In this document: piece after piece, positions 38,278 through 47,704 of the stretch
How positions within the stretch are numbered: position 1 is the first letter of the stretch
Layout: each line of letters begins with the position of its first letter
Assembly (NCBI GenBank): GCA_904420445.1
Contig: CAJFVJ010000001.1
Coordinates: forward strand, 10,973 to 74,972
Direction: 5' to 3'
Source of the DNA: Candidatus Adamsella avium
GTDB lineage: Bacteria > Cyanobacteriota > Vampirovibrionia > Gastranaerophilales > CAJFVJ01
DNA: 64,000 nucleotides
Made by a program: the position numbers and the translations under genes
The notes under the pieces: generated by a model
What the model was told of the DNA's origin: nothing
Seen by the model: the letters and a program-made list of their open reading frames with translations, nothing else
Database searches by the model: none

Positions 38278-38304
38278 AAAAAAGGGTACTTTTTGCAAGC
38301 ACCC
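38278..38304 (-). terminator. weak terminator after flgE
   Basis: Imperfect gggtgc/gtaccc hairpin followed by T6 on the minus strand. Confidence 0.4.
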
Positions 38305-38355
38305 TAATGAGTCAAGAAAGGTTAGTATGTGATTAAAAAAGTGTATTTCAAAAAA

Positions 38356-39747
38356 TTATCTTCCAAGCTGTACAATTCGCTGAAGAACCTGGTTTACCGT
38401 ATCGAATGTACGGCTGTTTGCTTCAATGCTTCTTTGAGCAATAATCATTTCTGCAAATTGTGTTGATAAATCAACGTTTGATGATTCCAAACCGGCATTG
38501 CCTACCGTACCAAGACCATTCGAACCGCCGCAGGAGAAAGACAGTTCGCCTGCATTCAGACCGACTTCATACAAGTTGCCACCGACAGAAGTCAAACCCT
38601 GCTCATTGATAACAGTAGCAAGCTGCAATTGAAGGTTGCCCGCTTCTATTACATTTTCATTTACTTGAATTTTATTTGCGGCAATATCTACACCTTCTGC
38701 TGTTTTATAAAGCAAAGAAATTGTTGTCCCGTCATTTTGTACGGTCAAACTATCACCGTTTGAATATTTTGCAACTATAGACCCATCACCGTTTACACTC
38801 ATTGAAACAAATGTCGATGGAGAATCTGTTTCTGTTCCTGGGCCGACTGTTGCATTATAATCAAGAATATTACTTGTATATGTAACATTGGCGTCACCTT
38901 CTCCCATTTGAGTAGAAAGTCCTATTTCAGAAAAGAAGTCACTTCCTTCGCCGCCTTCTACAGAACCCATAGAGTCAATAGACACAGGAGTTGAAGCAGC
39001 TGTTGTATCAACAACCATCTGAATTGTTCCGGCATTCTCACCTGTTCCAAAGACCATCTGAACACCCTTATCGCCTAAAGCTCCTTCTAAAGCGGTATTT
39101 ATTTTGTTTGCTATATCATTCAAAGAAGAAGCGCCCGAGATATCAACTTCTACATTCTTAACTCCGTTATCACCGCAGTTTACTGAAATTGCGACTTTAC
39201 CTTCTTTATAGTTAAAATTATTCAAAGAATTGATATCCATGCCTGCTATATTTTCATTACCGGTGGTAAACATATTCAATGTAGGAGGAATTTTGATAGG
39301 AGTAGTGCTTGGATTTTTGCTGAAAGGAGAAGACATCCCGAGAACTCTGAAACCTTCCTGTGTGACAAGGCATCCTTCAGCATCTCTTGTAAAATCACCG
39401 GCTCTTGAAAGCATTACCTGATTGTTTTCATCCAAGACAGTAAAAAATCCGTTACCTTCAAAATAAAGGTTTGTATCAATACCTGTTGACTGGAAAGTAC
39501 CATCGCTGAAGTTTCTTGTAATCGATGCGAGTTTTGTACCGAAACCTACCTGCATCGGGTTTGTTCCGCCTATATTTTCAAGCGGGGAACTTCCGTTTGA
39601 AATTGTTCTTGAAAACACATTCTGAAAAGTTACATTTGACTGTTTAAATGCAACCGTATTCATATTTGCGATGTTGTCAGCTATAACATTAATTTTGTCC
39701 TGCGCTGTGTTCATTCCGCTTATGGATGTGTAAAACCCCTGTGTCAT
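38356..39747 (-). CDS. flgE: flagellar hook protein FlgE
   Basis: 463 aa with an N-terminal SGMNTAQDKINVIADNIANMNTVAFK and a C-terminal GLESSNVDLSTQFAEMIIAQRSIEANSR. Confidence 0.92.
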   Translation of the reverse strand: MTQGFYTSISGMNTAQDKINVIADNIANMNTVAFKQSNVTFQNVFSRTISNGSSPLENIGGTNPMQVGFGTKLASITRNFSDGTFQSTGIDTNLYFEGNGFFTVLDENNQVMLSRAGDFTRDAEGCLVTQEGFRVLGMSSPFSKNPSTTPIKIPPTLNMFTTGNENIAGMDINSLNNFNYKEGKVAISVNCGDNGVKNVEVDISGASSLNDIANKINTALEGALGDKGVQMVFGTGENAGTIQMVVDTTAASTPVSIDSMGSVEGGEGSDFFSEIGLSTQMGEGDANVTYTSNILDYNATVGPGTETDSPSTFVSMSVNGDGSIVAKYSNGDSLTVQNDGTTISLLYKTAEGVDIAANKIQVNENVIEAGNLQLQLATVINEQGLTSVGGNLYEVGLNAGELSFSCGGSNGLGTVGNAGLESSNVDLSTQFAEMIIAQRSIEANSRTFDTVNQVLQRIVQLGR

Positions 39748-39824
39748 ATAATTTTTTCCTCCTGCTATATTTTTATTGACTGATTAAATTTTCCTTATTT
39801 ATATTATTCTTTTGAAATTTTTCT

Positions 39825-40352
39825 CTAAACTTTTTCTGTATTTTCCTTATTATCTGCATCAGCTACAGACTCTGTGCCGTCACCGCCGGCAGAATTATCA
39901 GTTCCTGTATCTGCCCCGGGTTCTTTGATAGATTCTATCAATCCAAGCGGATAATTTTTACCGTTAATAGTAATACCTGCTTCCTGTCCTGTATAGATAG
40001 CTCCTTCAACTATACCCGTAATTCTCTGTGATGTATTATTAGGGTCAATCAGTGTAACTTCTTTGCCAATCAAAGAACTTGCCTGAAGCAGTGAATTTGA
40101 TGCAGTCAGCGTTTCATTCAGTTTCTGAAGCTCGGTAACCTGTGTAAACTGTGCCTGTTGAGCAATAAACTCCTGATTATCAGTAGGATTCATCGGATCC
40201 TGATTCTGCAGCTGTACCATCAAAAGCTGCAAAAAAGCATTCTGGTCAAGCTCGGTGCGCCCGACATTATTTTTCGCATTCTCGGCATTAACCTTTGCCG
40301 TGTTGTTTTTAATATTTGTCAGTGTATTTTCTATACTTGATGATGACTGCAT
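39825..40352 (-). CDS. flgD: flagellar hook capping/assembly protein FlgD
   Basis: LDQNAFLQLLMVQLQNQDPMNP motif. Confidence 0.88.
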   Translation of the reverse strand: MQSSSSIENTLTNIKNNTAKVNAENAKNNVGRTELDQNAFLQLLMVQLQNQDPMNPTDNQEFIAQQAQFTQVTELQKLNETLTASNSLLQASSLIGKEVTLIDPNNTSQRITGIVEGAIYTGQEAGITINGKNYPLGLIESIKEPGADTGTDNSAGGDGTESVADADNKENTEKV

Positions 40353-40376
40353 TTTAACGCTCCCCGTTTTTATCTT

Positions 40377-41966
40377 CTAAATTGTATAATCTACCAGTCC
40401 GTTGTGAACACTCTTTGTTGATTTTGTGTCATGGTGTTCTTCCTGCAGCAAATCATGTTCATAATTTGACTGCGCTTCATGTTCAGAGTTTCTGCTCTGG
40501 GATCCTGTTTTATTGTTATCGCCAAAGTCAAACCCCTGCATATTTTCATGCGGAAAATCTTTTGAAAAATTGTTATTCGACAGAGTTGATTCCTGTGATT
40601 TTACAATCACATTGCCCACTGTTATTCCCTGCTCCTGCAAAGATTGTTTCAAAGAATCAATATTTCTTGTCAAAAGTTCTTTTGTCTGGTCATTTTCAGT
40701 TCTTATCTCAGCAGACAAAATTCCGTTTTGCGACACAAGGTCTATGTTCAATCTGCCAAGGCTCTGAGGATTCAAAATCATTGATATTGAATTTTTGCCG
40801 TTGATTGATGTCATGTTGTGTTTCATGTTGTTTACAACCTGATTGAGGACATCAACATCGGCATTATGCTGTTGTTCCATCGAACTCAAAAGTCTGTTAA
40901 ATTCCGTATTGTGCACCCCGTCTGATTTTGCTGCGGAGCTGCTGTTTGAGAAAAGCGAATTCAGCGAATTAAGAGGGGAGTCCATCCCTTCATGCGACTC
41001 ATTATGTTGATTCATGAAAGAACTCTCGCCGTTGTTCGAAGCATCAATCTCTTTGACCGAAGCTCTTGCCGCTAGTTCACCCAGCTGACCTTTCAAAGAT
41101 TTTGATGTATCCTGTTTGGAAGTTTTTACATCTTCAACATTCAAATCAGCAAAAGTTTCAGCTAACTCATCAGCAGGAGTTTTCAGAAGTTCATTTTTCT
41201 GTAAAGCTGCTTCTTTTACCGGTTGGACTTCTGTCTGCTCCTGTTTTGTTTGTTTTGCGATATTTTGCATTTCCGCTTGCTTTTGAGTTTTATCAGAAAT
41301 ACTCTTGACCAGATTTTCAAGTTTTTCTTTCAACGAATTTACGCTGTCTGTTTTTTGAGTTCTGCCATGCAGCTCGCTTAATCTGTTTGATAAATCTGTT
41401 TGAAGCTGTGATTTATCCACGACTTTTTTTTGAGAAACGTCTGTTTGAACATCAGCCTGCTCAAGAATTTTTTGAAGTTTTGATTTTTGTTTTACGGCAT
41501 CAGAGTGAGAAAGGTGTTTATCACCGAGAATTTGCGAGATATCTTTTGAGGAGTAAGCAAGCTGCTCTACTCTATCTCTAAAGTTTATATGTTCGGATGC
41601 CGGAGATACAACATCTCTTGAAGATTGTCTTCTGATGTCATGGTGATGTTCTTTAGAAAAAATTTCACGTCTGTCAGTAAATTTGCTTCTGTCTTTTTCT
41701 TTTGTTGTATTAAGCTCATCTGATTTTTCAGTTATATCATTCTTTGTATTGCCGCCGTCAAAAGACTCATCTTTATAAACATAATCATTTGATGAAGAAG
41801 AGTTTGTTTTGGGTTCATAGTTCACCTGTTGTGTCAGAACGCTTGAGAACTGATTTGTAATATTTTCATAATCATCATAGCTGAAATTCTTTGATGAATT
41901 ATCTTCTTGAGAGCTGAATGCTTTAAAGCTTAAATCTAAAATATTGCTTTCGCTTAATACGCTCAT
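40377..41966 (-). CDS. fliK: flagellar hook-length control protein FliK
   Basis: 529 aa with a polar, disordered-looking N-terminal region. The C-terminal Flg_hook pattern is ISMILNPQSLGRLNIDLVSQNGILSAEIRTENDQTKELL. Confidence 0.8.
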   Translation of the reverse strand: MSVLSESNILDLSFKAFSSQEDNSSKNFSYDDYENITNQFSSVLTQQVNYEPKTNSSSSNDYVYKDESFDGGNTKNDITEKSDELNTTKEKDRSKFTDRREIFSKEHHHDIRRQSSRDVVSPASEHINFRDRVEQLAYSSKDISQILGDKHLSHSDAVKQKSKLQKILEQADVQTDVSQKKVVDKSQLQTDLSNRLSELHGRTQKTDSVNSLKEKLENLVKSISDKTQKQAEMQNIAKQTKQEQTEVQPVKEAALQKNELLKTPADELAETFADLNVEDVKTSKQDTSKSLKGQLGELAARASVKEIDASNNGESSFMNQHNESHEGMDSPLNSLNSLFSNSSSAAKSDGVHNTEFNRLLSSMEQQHNADVDVLNQVVNNMKHNMTSINGKNSISMILNPQSLGRLNIDLVSQNGILSAEIRTENDQTKELLTRNIDSLKQSLQEQGITVGNVIVKSQESTLSNNNFSKDFPHENMQGFDFGDNNKTGSQSRNSEHEAQSNYEHDLLQEEHHDTKSTKSVHNGLVDYTI

Positions 41967-42419
41967 CTAAACCCCCGATCCTCTATACCTTGTAAGTGCT
42001 ATATCGTCCAATTCCTTTGCTTCTCTTTGCTCAAAATCTTTCAAAAAAGCCTTATATTCCTTTTCTTTCAATTTTTCAAGCATTTTTTTTGCCTTGAGAG
42101 CCTCTCTGACTTCCTCCTGCTTCAGCTCAAGCTCATTTTCTATATCGGCAATCACTTTATGCTGGATAGATATATCATCATCAAGTTTTGCTATATAATC
42201 CTGATAGTTCTTAACCCTGATAAATTCTATATTTTCTCCTGCACCAAGTATATTTTCCAAATCTCTTTTTGCTTGCAACCTGCTTTGCTCCAAAGAATCA
42301 AGCTTGTTGTTCGCATCATTCAATCTGGCCTGGATAGCAGCCATCTCAAGCTGCCTGTCTTCAAGAGTTTTTGTTCTGAGTTCCAAAACGTTTTCTAATC
42401 GAAATTTAAACTTTTTCAC
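41967..42419 (-). CDS. fliJ: flagellar export protein FliJ
   Basis: 150-aa coiled coil, MKKFKFRLENVLELR...KMLEKLKEKEYKAFLKDFEQREAKELDDIA. Abuts fliK. Confidence 0.75.
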   Translation of the reverse strand: MKKFKFRLENVLELRTKTLEDRQLEMAAIQARLNDANNKLDSLEQSRLQAKRDLENILGAGENIEFIRVKNYQDYIAKLDDDISIQHKVIADIENELELKQEEVREALKAKKMLEKLKEKEYKAFLKDFEQREAKELDDIALTRYRGSGV

Positions 42420-42565
42420 CCATAAAACCTCTTGCCCAAGGACATCAAATATCTCTTCGATGTCTATATAAAGATTACACCATGGAACAGGAGGTATTCA
42501 TCCTCTAAACATACTATTATTCATGCAAAAAGCATGGCAGAGAGAGTTTTTCGGATTTTGAGAGA

Positions 42566-44047
42566 TTAAATATCAACTTCACCGACATTCTCAAGGACAA
42601 ACTCTGATGTAATCTCTTCTTTTGCTATTACGGAGAGATTTGGTCTTATTTGTTCAAAAATCTGGAATATAAAATGCCTCAGCTCGAGAGGAACAACAAG
42701 AACGATAAACTCCGAGTTAATATCCGAATTCTCGATAACTTTATTCAAATTTTTCGCCACTTTCTGGATAAAATTTCCGCTGATAGTAAGAGTTTTCTTT
42801 TGAGTACACAAATATTTCGTCAGTTTATCGGTAATTTTCTCACAGAGGGTAACACCATAGATTATATGATTTTCATCTGATACACTCTGGCAAATCTGTC
42901 TTGAGAGAGAAATTCTCAGTTTTTCTAGCAAATCATCTTTGATTGCATCAACAGAAAAGTCATTTATCTTCTCAAAAATATAAACAACATCCCGAACAGG
43001 GACTTTTTCTCTTATGAGCGAAGCAAGAATATACCTCAGCTCGCCGACGGAGAGAAAATCGGGCATAATATTCTCAATAAGATAAAGATTTTCAGAGCCT
43101 GCTATTTCAACAAATCTGTTCACATCGCTGTAGTCAAATATCTCATCAACATAGCGGCAGACTATATATTCAAGATTTTTTGCAATCACCTCAGCGGCAG
43201 ACAAGCCTTTTTCCCAGAATTTTTTTGTTTTTGAGTTGTCTATCCACAGAATTTCCCGACCGCTGACAAAGTCAAAGCCTTCTATGGTTGAAGCAGGCTT
43301 ACGGCTCAGAGATATTTCATCCTTATAAAACATTGAATAATCCGGGTAAACATTCGATTTGAGAACTTCTATATCTCTGATTAGAATTTTATACTCGCAA
43401 GATTCAAGCGTATCATCAGGTTTGAAATAAACTCCCGGGATAACATACCCGAGTTTTTGAGTCAAATCCTGACGCAATTTGACACTCAAAGATACAAGTT
43501 CCGCTCCGTTATCAGGGTTGACCATATCAAGAAGTTCATCGCTTAATTTGATTGTTATTTTGTTGACGCCTATTTCTTCATAAAATTTTTGAGGAGAGAT
43601 TGTTTCTGCAAGTTTGTTTCTCAACACTTCGAGGTCTTTCATGGCTGCTGACATCTCAGAGTTCAGGGCAATACGGTCATCTTCATCAATTGCTGTTGAG
43701 TCAAGGCATGCCTTAATTTCTTTTATGCGGAGGCGGCGTTCTTTAATTTTTTCCTGAACCTCTTTGCACTCGATATAGGGGTTCTTCTCAAAAATTTTCT
43801 CCATTTTCGAGCGAAAATCATCAACATCAACTATTTCATCATCTTTTTCATCAGAGTCAGAGTCTTCTTCCTTATCACGATAAAAAATACAGTTGTAGAC
43901 AACATCACCGTTTCTGCCGTCAGCCTCATGAAGAGTATAGAGTTCCCATCCTTTTTCGGACATCGAGTTCAAGAGTTCTTCCAGAAACTCGGGTTCATCA
44001 GTCGGACATGTTTTCACAGCATATTCATTTTTTGAACTCTTAAACAT
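42566..44047 (-). CDS. soluble FlhA cytoplasmic-domain (FlhA_C) paralog with a DUF4177-like N-terminal domain
   Basis: 493 aa with no TM segments. The C-terminal ~320 aa are colinear with FlhA residues ~380-690 in this window (see findings). The N-terminus includes EKGWELYTLHEADG. Confidence 0.8.
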   Translation of the reverse strand: MFKSSKNEYAVKTCPTDEPEFLEELLNSMSEKGWELYTLHEADGRNGDVVYNCIFYRDKEEDSDSDEKDDEIVDVDDFRSKMEKIFEKNPYIECKEVQEKIKERRLRIKEIKACLDSTAIDEDDRIALNSEMSAAMKDLEVLRNKLAETISPQKFYEEIGVNKITIKLSDELLDMVNPDNGAELVSLSVKLRQDLTQKLGYVIPGVYFKPDDTLESCEYKILIRDIEVLKSNVYPDYSMFYKDEISLSRKPASTIEGFDFVSGREILWIDNSKTKKFWEKGLSAAEVIAKNLEYIVCRYVDEIFDYSDVNRFVEIAGSENLYLIENIMPDFLSVGELRYILASLIREKVPVRDVVYIFEKINDFSVDAIKDDLLEKLRISLSRQICQSVSDENHIIYGVTLCEKITDKLTKYLCTQKKTLTISGNFIQKVAKNLNKVIENSDINSEFIVLVVPLELRHFIFQIFEQIRPNLSVIAKEEITSEFVLENVGEVDI

Positions 44048-44071
44048 AAACTCACTCCAGAAATGTCATAC

Positions 44072-44107
44072 AAAAAGCCCTTAAGTATATTGTAATACGT
44101 AAGGGCT
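44072..44107 (-). terminator. terminator after rplT
   Basis: agccctta / taagggct arms. A T5 run follows on the minus strand. Confidence 0.6.
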
Positions 44108-44133
44108 GTTCTTGAAAAGATTTTTATTTTTTC

Positions 44134-44487
44134 TTATGCGGATGCTTTAGCTGCTTCAACAATTTTGCCGAAAGCTGAGAAATCTCTCACTGCAACATCA
44201 GCCAGCATTTTGCGATTGATAACAATTTGAGCTTTCTTCAAAGCATTCACAAGCTTGCTGTAGTTCATGCCATGCATTCTTGCAGCAGCGTTGATTCTAA
44301 CAATCCACAGACGACGCATATTTCTTTTTTTGGTGCGTCTATCTCTGTATTGATAGCACAAAGCTTTCATAACAGCGATGTTTGCTACTTTGAATATTCT
44401 GCTTCTTGCACCTTTGAAGCTTTTAGCCAATTTTAAGATTTTTTTATGTCTGTTGCGGAGGACGTTTCCGCGTTTTACTCTTGCCAT
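44134..44487 (-). CDS. rplT: 50S ribosomal protein L20
   Basis: [29 protein letters not shown]... Confidence 0.95.
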   Translation of the reverse strand: MARVKRGNVLRNRHKKILKLAKSFKGARSRIFKVANIAVMKALCYQYRDRRTKKRNMRRLWIVRINAAARMHGMNYSKLVNALKKAQIVINRKMLADVAVRDFSAFGKIVEAAKASA

Positions 44488-44500
44488 TATCTTTCACTCC

Positions 44501-44710
44501 TTATCGAGAATATTTTAAATATGGTAATTCTGCTTTTACTTTATCGAGATTGCCTTCAAAAACCTCTGTCATGCCTGCCAATCTGTTCTTTCTTGCAGGT
44601 GATTTATGTTGAAGAAGGTGTTTTCTTCCGGCTTTTCTTCTTAATATTTTACCGCTTGCCGTAACTTTATATCTCTTAGCACCGGCGCGGTGTGTTTTCA
44701 TCTTTGGCAT
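44501..44710 (-). CDS. rpmI: 50S ribosomal protein L35
   Basis: MPKMKTHRAGAKRYKVTASGKILRRKAG... Confidence 0.95.
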   Translation of the reverse strand: MPKMKTHRAGAKRYKVTASGKILRRKAGRKHLLQHKSPARKNRLAGMTEVFEGNLDKVKAELPYLKYSR

Positions 44711-44748
44711 TTTATTTTCTCCTATTATAAAAATTTATTTTTATTGCC

Positions 44749-45282
44749 TTAAGGGGTTAATATCATAACCAGATTGCTGCCTTCCATGCCAGGTTCTTTT
44801 TCGATTGTGCATTTGAATTCGCTGATATCGTTTTTGAAACGTTCCATCAACTCAAATGCAAGAGCCTTATGCTGCATTTCGCGACCTCTTAACATTATCA
44901 CGACCTTAACTTTATTTCCAGCTTCTATAAATTTTTTTGTATTTTTAATACGAACGTTGTAGTCGTGGATGTCAATTTTATATCTCATCTTAACTTCTTT
45001 GAGCTCAACGGTATGTTGTTTTTTCTTGGCTTCTTTTGCTTTTTTTTCAGCCTCGAACTTATATTTGCCGTAGTCCATAATCTTTGCTACAGGGGGTTCT
45101 TGATTAGGACTGATTACCACAAGATCCAAGTCTGCTTCTTCTGCCATCTTGAGAGCTCTTGAGGTGGGAACAACTCCATGATTGGTTCCGTCGCTGTCAA
45201 TTAATCTGACTTCTTTTGCTCTAATGTAGTTGTTTATCGGCACAGGCTGAGATTTTGAGCCCTGGAATTTATTGTTACTGAT
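44749..45282 (-). CDS. infC: translation initiation factor IF-3 (probable non-AUG start)
   Basis: INNYIRAKEVRLIDSDG... plus the C-terminal IF3 domain. The frame stays open upstream of the GTG at 45243. An ATC at 45282 sits 7 nt after AAGGAG. The minimal gene is 44749-45243. Confidence 0.85.
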   Translation of the reverse strand: MSNNKFQGSKSQPVPINNYIRAKEVRLIDSDGTNHGVVPTSRALKMAEEADLDLVVISPNQEPPVAKIMDYGKYKFEAEKKAKEAKKKQHTVELKEVKMRYKIDIHDYNVRIKNTKKFIEAGNKVKVVIMLRGREMQHKALAFELMERFKNDISEFKCTIEKEPGMEGSNLVMILTP

Positions 45283-45608
45283 GAGATGTCTCCTTATTTT
45301 TCTCTTTCAACATACCAACCAATTATCTCACAAAGATTTTATTTTTGAAGCCTTTATCGGTTGTAAAGTTTATAATATCACAAAAAATTTATCGTCAGTA
45401 ATTTTTTATTCTTTAATTTTTTCGTTTTTCTTTACATAAATTAACCTTATTCGAATAAATTAAGCAATTTTTCATAGGAAAATACGTTGTTATATATACA
45501 AATAGAAAGCTCTCTTCTTAATTAAAACCTATTTGGAGTCCTGCATAGGACTCTTTTTTTTATGCTATTATTTCTTATACAAGAAGTTTAGTTTATAGAG
45601 AGCTTTCC

Positions 45609-46274
45609 ATGATTGAATTGAAAAATTATATAGAAAACACCCTCCTTTCTCCTGATGCTAATGAAGAAAAACTCAAAAATTTCTTCGAAATTTCAAAAAA
45701 ATATGAAGTCTTTGGAGTTTGTATCAATCCGGTTCATATCAAAAAAGCAAAAGAGTTTTTCTCAGGCACAAATACAAAAATAGTTACGGTCATAGGCTTC
45801 CCTCTCGGTGCAAATCTGAGTGAAACAAAAGCTTTCGAAACAAAAAAAGCCATCGAAGACGGAGCGGACGAAATAGATATGGTTCTGAATATCGGTGCGC
45901 TGAAATCAAAAAATTATGATTTTGTGAAAAAAGATATTGAAGCGGTAAAACTCTCATCAAACGGGAAAATTCTCAAAGTAATAATAGAAACAGACCTCCT
46001 TTCAAAAGAAGAAATCAAAAAAGCATGCGAACTATGCATTGAAGCGCATGCCGATTTTGTCAAAACATCAACCGGTTTTGTCAAAAACGGAGTCGGAGCA
46101 AAAGTTGAAGATGTCAAACTTATGGCAGAAACTGTCAAACCTCACGGGCTTAGGGTCAAAGCAAGCGGGGGGATTAAAAATCTGGAACAAGCTCAAGACT
46201 TAATCAATGCAGGCGCTGACAGACTCGGCACAAGCTCTGGTAAAACTATTTTGGATGAGTTAAAGGAGTTATAA
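45609..46274 (+). CDS. deoC: deoxyribose-phosphate aldolase
   Basis: 221 aa with VIGFPLG, DEIDMVLNIGALKS and FVKTSTGF (Schiff-base Lys) motifs. Confidence 0.9.
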   Translation: MIELKNYIENTLLSPDANEEKLKNFFEISKKYEVFGVCINPVHIKKAKEFFSGTNTKIVTVIGFPLGANLSETKAFETKKAIEDGADEIDMVLNIGALKSKNYDFVKKDIEAVKLSSNGKILKVIIETDLLSKEEIKKACELCIEAHADFVKTSTGFVKNGVGAKVEDVKLMAETVKPHGLRVKASGGIKNLEQAQDLINAGADRLGTSSGKTILDELKEL

Positions 46275-47324
46275 ATGACAAACATATACCCAGGAGCAAT
46301 CCACATACACTCGACTTTTTCTGACGGAACGGGAGATATCCCCTTCATAATCAAAGAAGCAAAAAAAGCAGGTCTGAAATGGATTGTCATCACTGACCAT
46401 AACACTCTCGCAGGCAAAAATTATGAAGGTTATCACGACGGAGTAGCGGTCATAGTCGGCGATGAAATCAGTCCTGATAAAGGAAATCACTTTCTTGCCC
46501 TTGATATAAAAGAAGAAATAACCCAGAACCAGCCGCCGCAGGACTATGTGAACGCAGTAAAAACACAGGGAGGTTTCGGGTTCATAGCGCACCCTGATGA
46601 ACAAACAAACAGAAAAAATCCCTGGCCGGCACTAAGATGGGATGACTGGACAATCAAAGACTTCGGCGGAATTGAAATCTGGAATTATATGTCTGATTGG
46701 GTGGATAATATGAATATCAAGACCATTGCACTATCCATATTATTCAAAAACAGAAATATCAAAGGACCGACAAAAGATGTCCTCTCATGGTGGGACAAAC
46801 TGAACCAGGAATCAGAAGATATTATCCCTGCTGTAGGTGGTTCAGATGTCCATGCCTTTTGTGCAAAAGCTCCCATAATCAACATGCTGAAAGTTTTTTC
46901 ATATTATTCCATGTTCAAATCAGTAGTAAACCTTCTGTTGATTGATAAACCACTGTCAGATAACTACGAAGAGGCAAAAATACAAATATTGAGCGCACTC
47001 AAAAACGGCGGAAATATTATCCTCAACAGGACTCTGACAAAACAAAACCCGGAATTTTTTATCACAAACGGAGAAACACAAGCCCACGCAGGAGAAAAAA
47101 TCGAACTGAAAAATAATCTTGAACTCCTCGTCAAATTACCAAAGAAAGCAAACTTGAGAGTTATTTGCAACGGAGAAGTAATAAAAGAAGAAAAGAAAAA
47201 AGAACTGAAAATGCAAATAGCAGAAAAAGGCTCCTACAGAATAGAAGCTTATGATGGGCAAAAACCTCTTTTATTTTCTAACCATATAAAAGTTTGCAAA
47301 AAAACGCATGACAAAACCTATTGA
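46275..47324 (+). CDS. PHP-domain metallohydrolase (CehA/McbA-like)
   Basis: GAIHIHSTFSDG...ITDHN motif. The start codon abuts the deoC stop. Confidence 0.7.
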   Translation: MTNIYPGAIHIHSTFSDGTGDIPFIIKEAKKAGLKWIVITDHNTLAGKNYEGYHDGVAVIVGDEISPDKGNHFLALDIKEEITQNQPPQDYVNAVKTQGGFGFIAHPDEQTNRKNPWPALRWDDWTIKDFGGIEIWNYMSDWVDNMNIKTIALSILFKNRNIKGPTKDVLSWWDKLNQESEDIIPAVGGSDVHAFCAKAPIINMLKVFSYYSMFKSVVNLLLIDKPLSDNYEEAKIQILSALKNGGNIILNRTLTKQNPEFFITNGETQAHAGEKIELKNNLELLVKLPKKANLRVICNGEVIKEEKKKELKMQIAEKGSYRIEAYDGQKPLLFSNHIKVCKKTHDKTY

Positions 47325-47362
47325 AAAACCATTTTGTCAATGCTAAACTTTTTTATATCAAT

Positions 47363-47436
<74 letters not shown>

Positions 47437-47456
47437 TTTTTATAAAAAAACAACTT

Positions 47457-47530
47457 CGGAATGTAGCGCAGTTTGGTAGCGCACCGTGTTCGGGTCGCGG
47501 GGGTCGCAGGTTCAAATCCTGTCATTCCGA
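47457..47530 (+). tRNA. tRNA-Pro (anticodon CGG)
   Basis: cggaatg acceptor, anticodon stem ccgtg/cgcgg with loop ttcgggt, and the same T arm as the preceding tRNA. Confidence 0.9.
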
Positions 47531-47579
47531 TTTTTTGTTGTTTTCTCGCAGGTTCTCACAATTCCGATTTTTTACGCTT

Positions 47580-47703
47580 TCGCTAAAAATCTGCAATTCT
47601 GACCCTGACTCCTACGGCTCATTCTTCGCCTATGATTCAGGTCGCTAAAAATCTGCAATTCTGACCCTGACTCCTACGGCTCATTCTTCGCCTATGATTC
47701 AGG
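47580..47703 (+). repeat. perfect tandem direct repeat, 2 x 62 bp
   Basis: tcgctaaaaatctgcaattctgaccctgactcctacggctcattcttcgcctatgattcagg occurs at 47580-47641 and again at 47642-47703. Confidence 0.9.
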
Positions 47704-47704
47704 G

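Noticed and set aside
40382-41581. Plus-strand ORFs within fliK
   Set aside because: They are antisense shadows.
46269-46604. 111-aa minus-strand ORF
   Set aside because: It is antisense to the PHP-domain gene, which has clear motifs.
47580-47703. Possible CRISPR array
   Set aside because: There are only two identical 62-bp units, directly abutting with no spacers, and no cas genes. I classified it as a simple tandem repeat.
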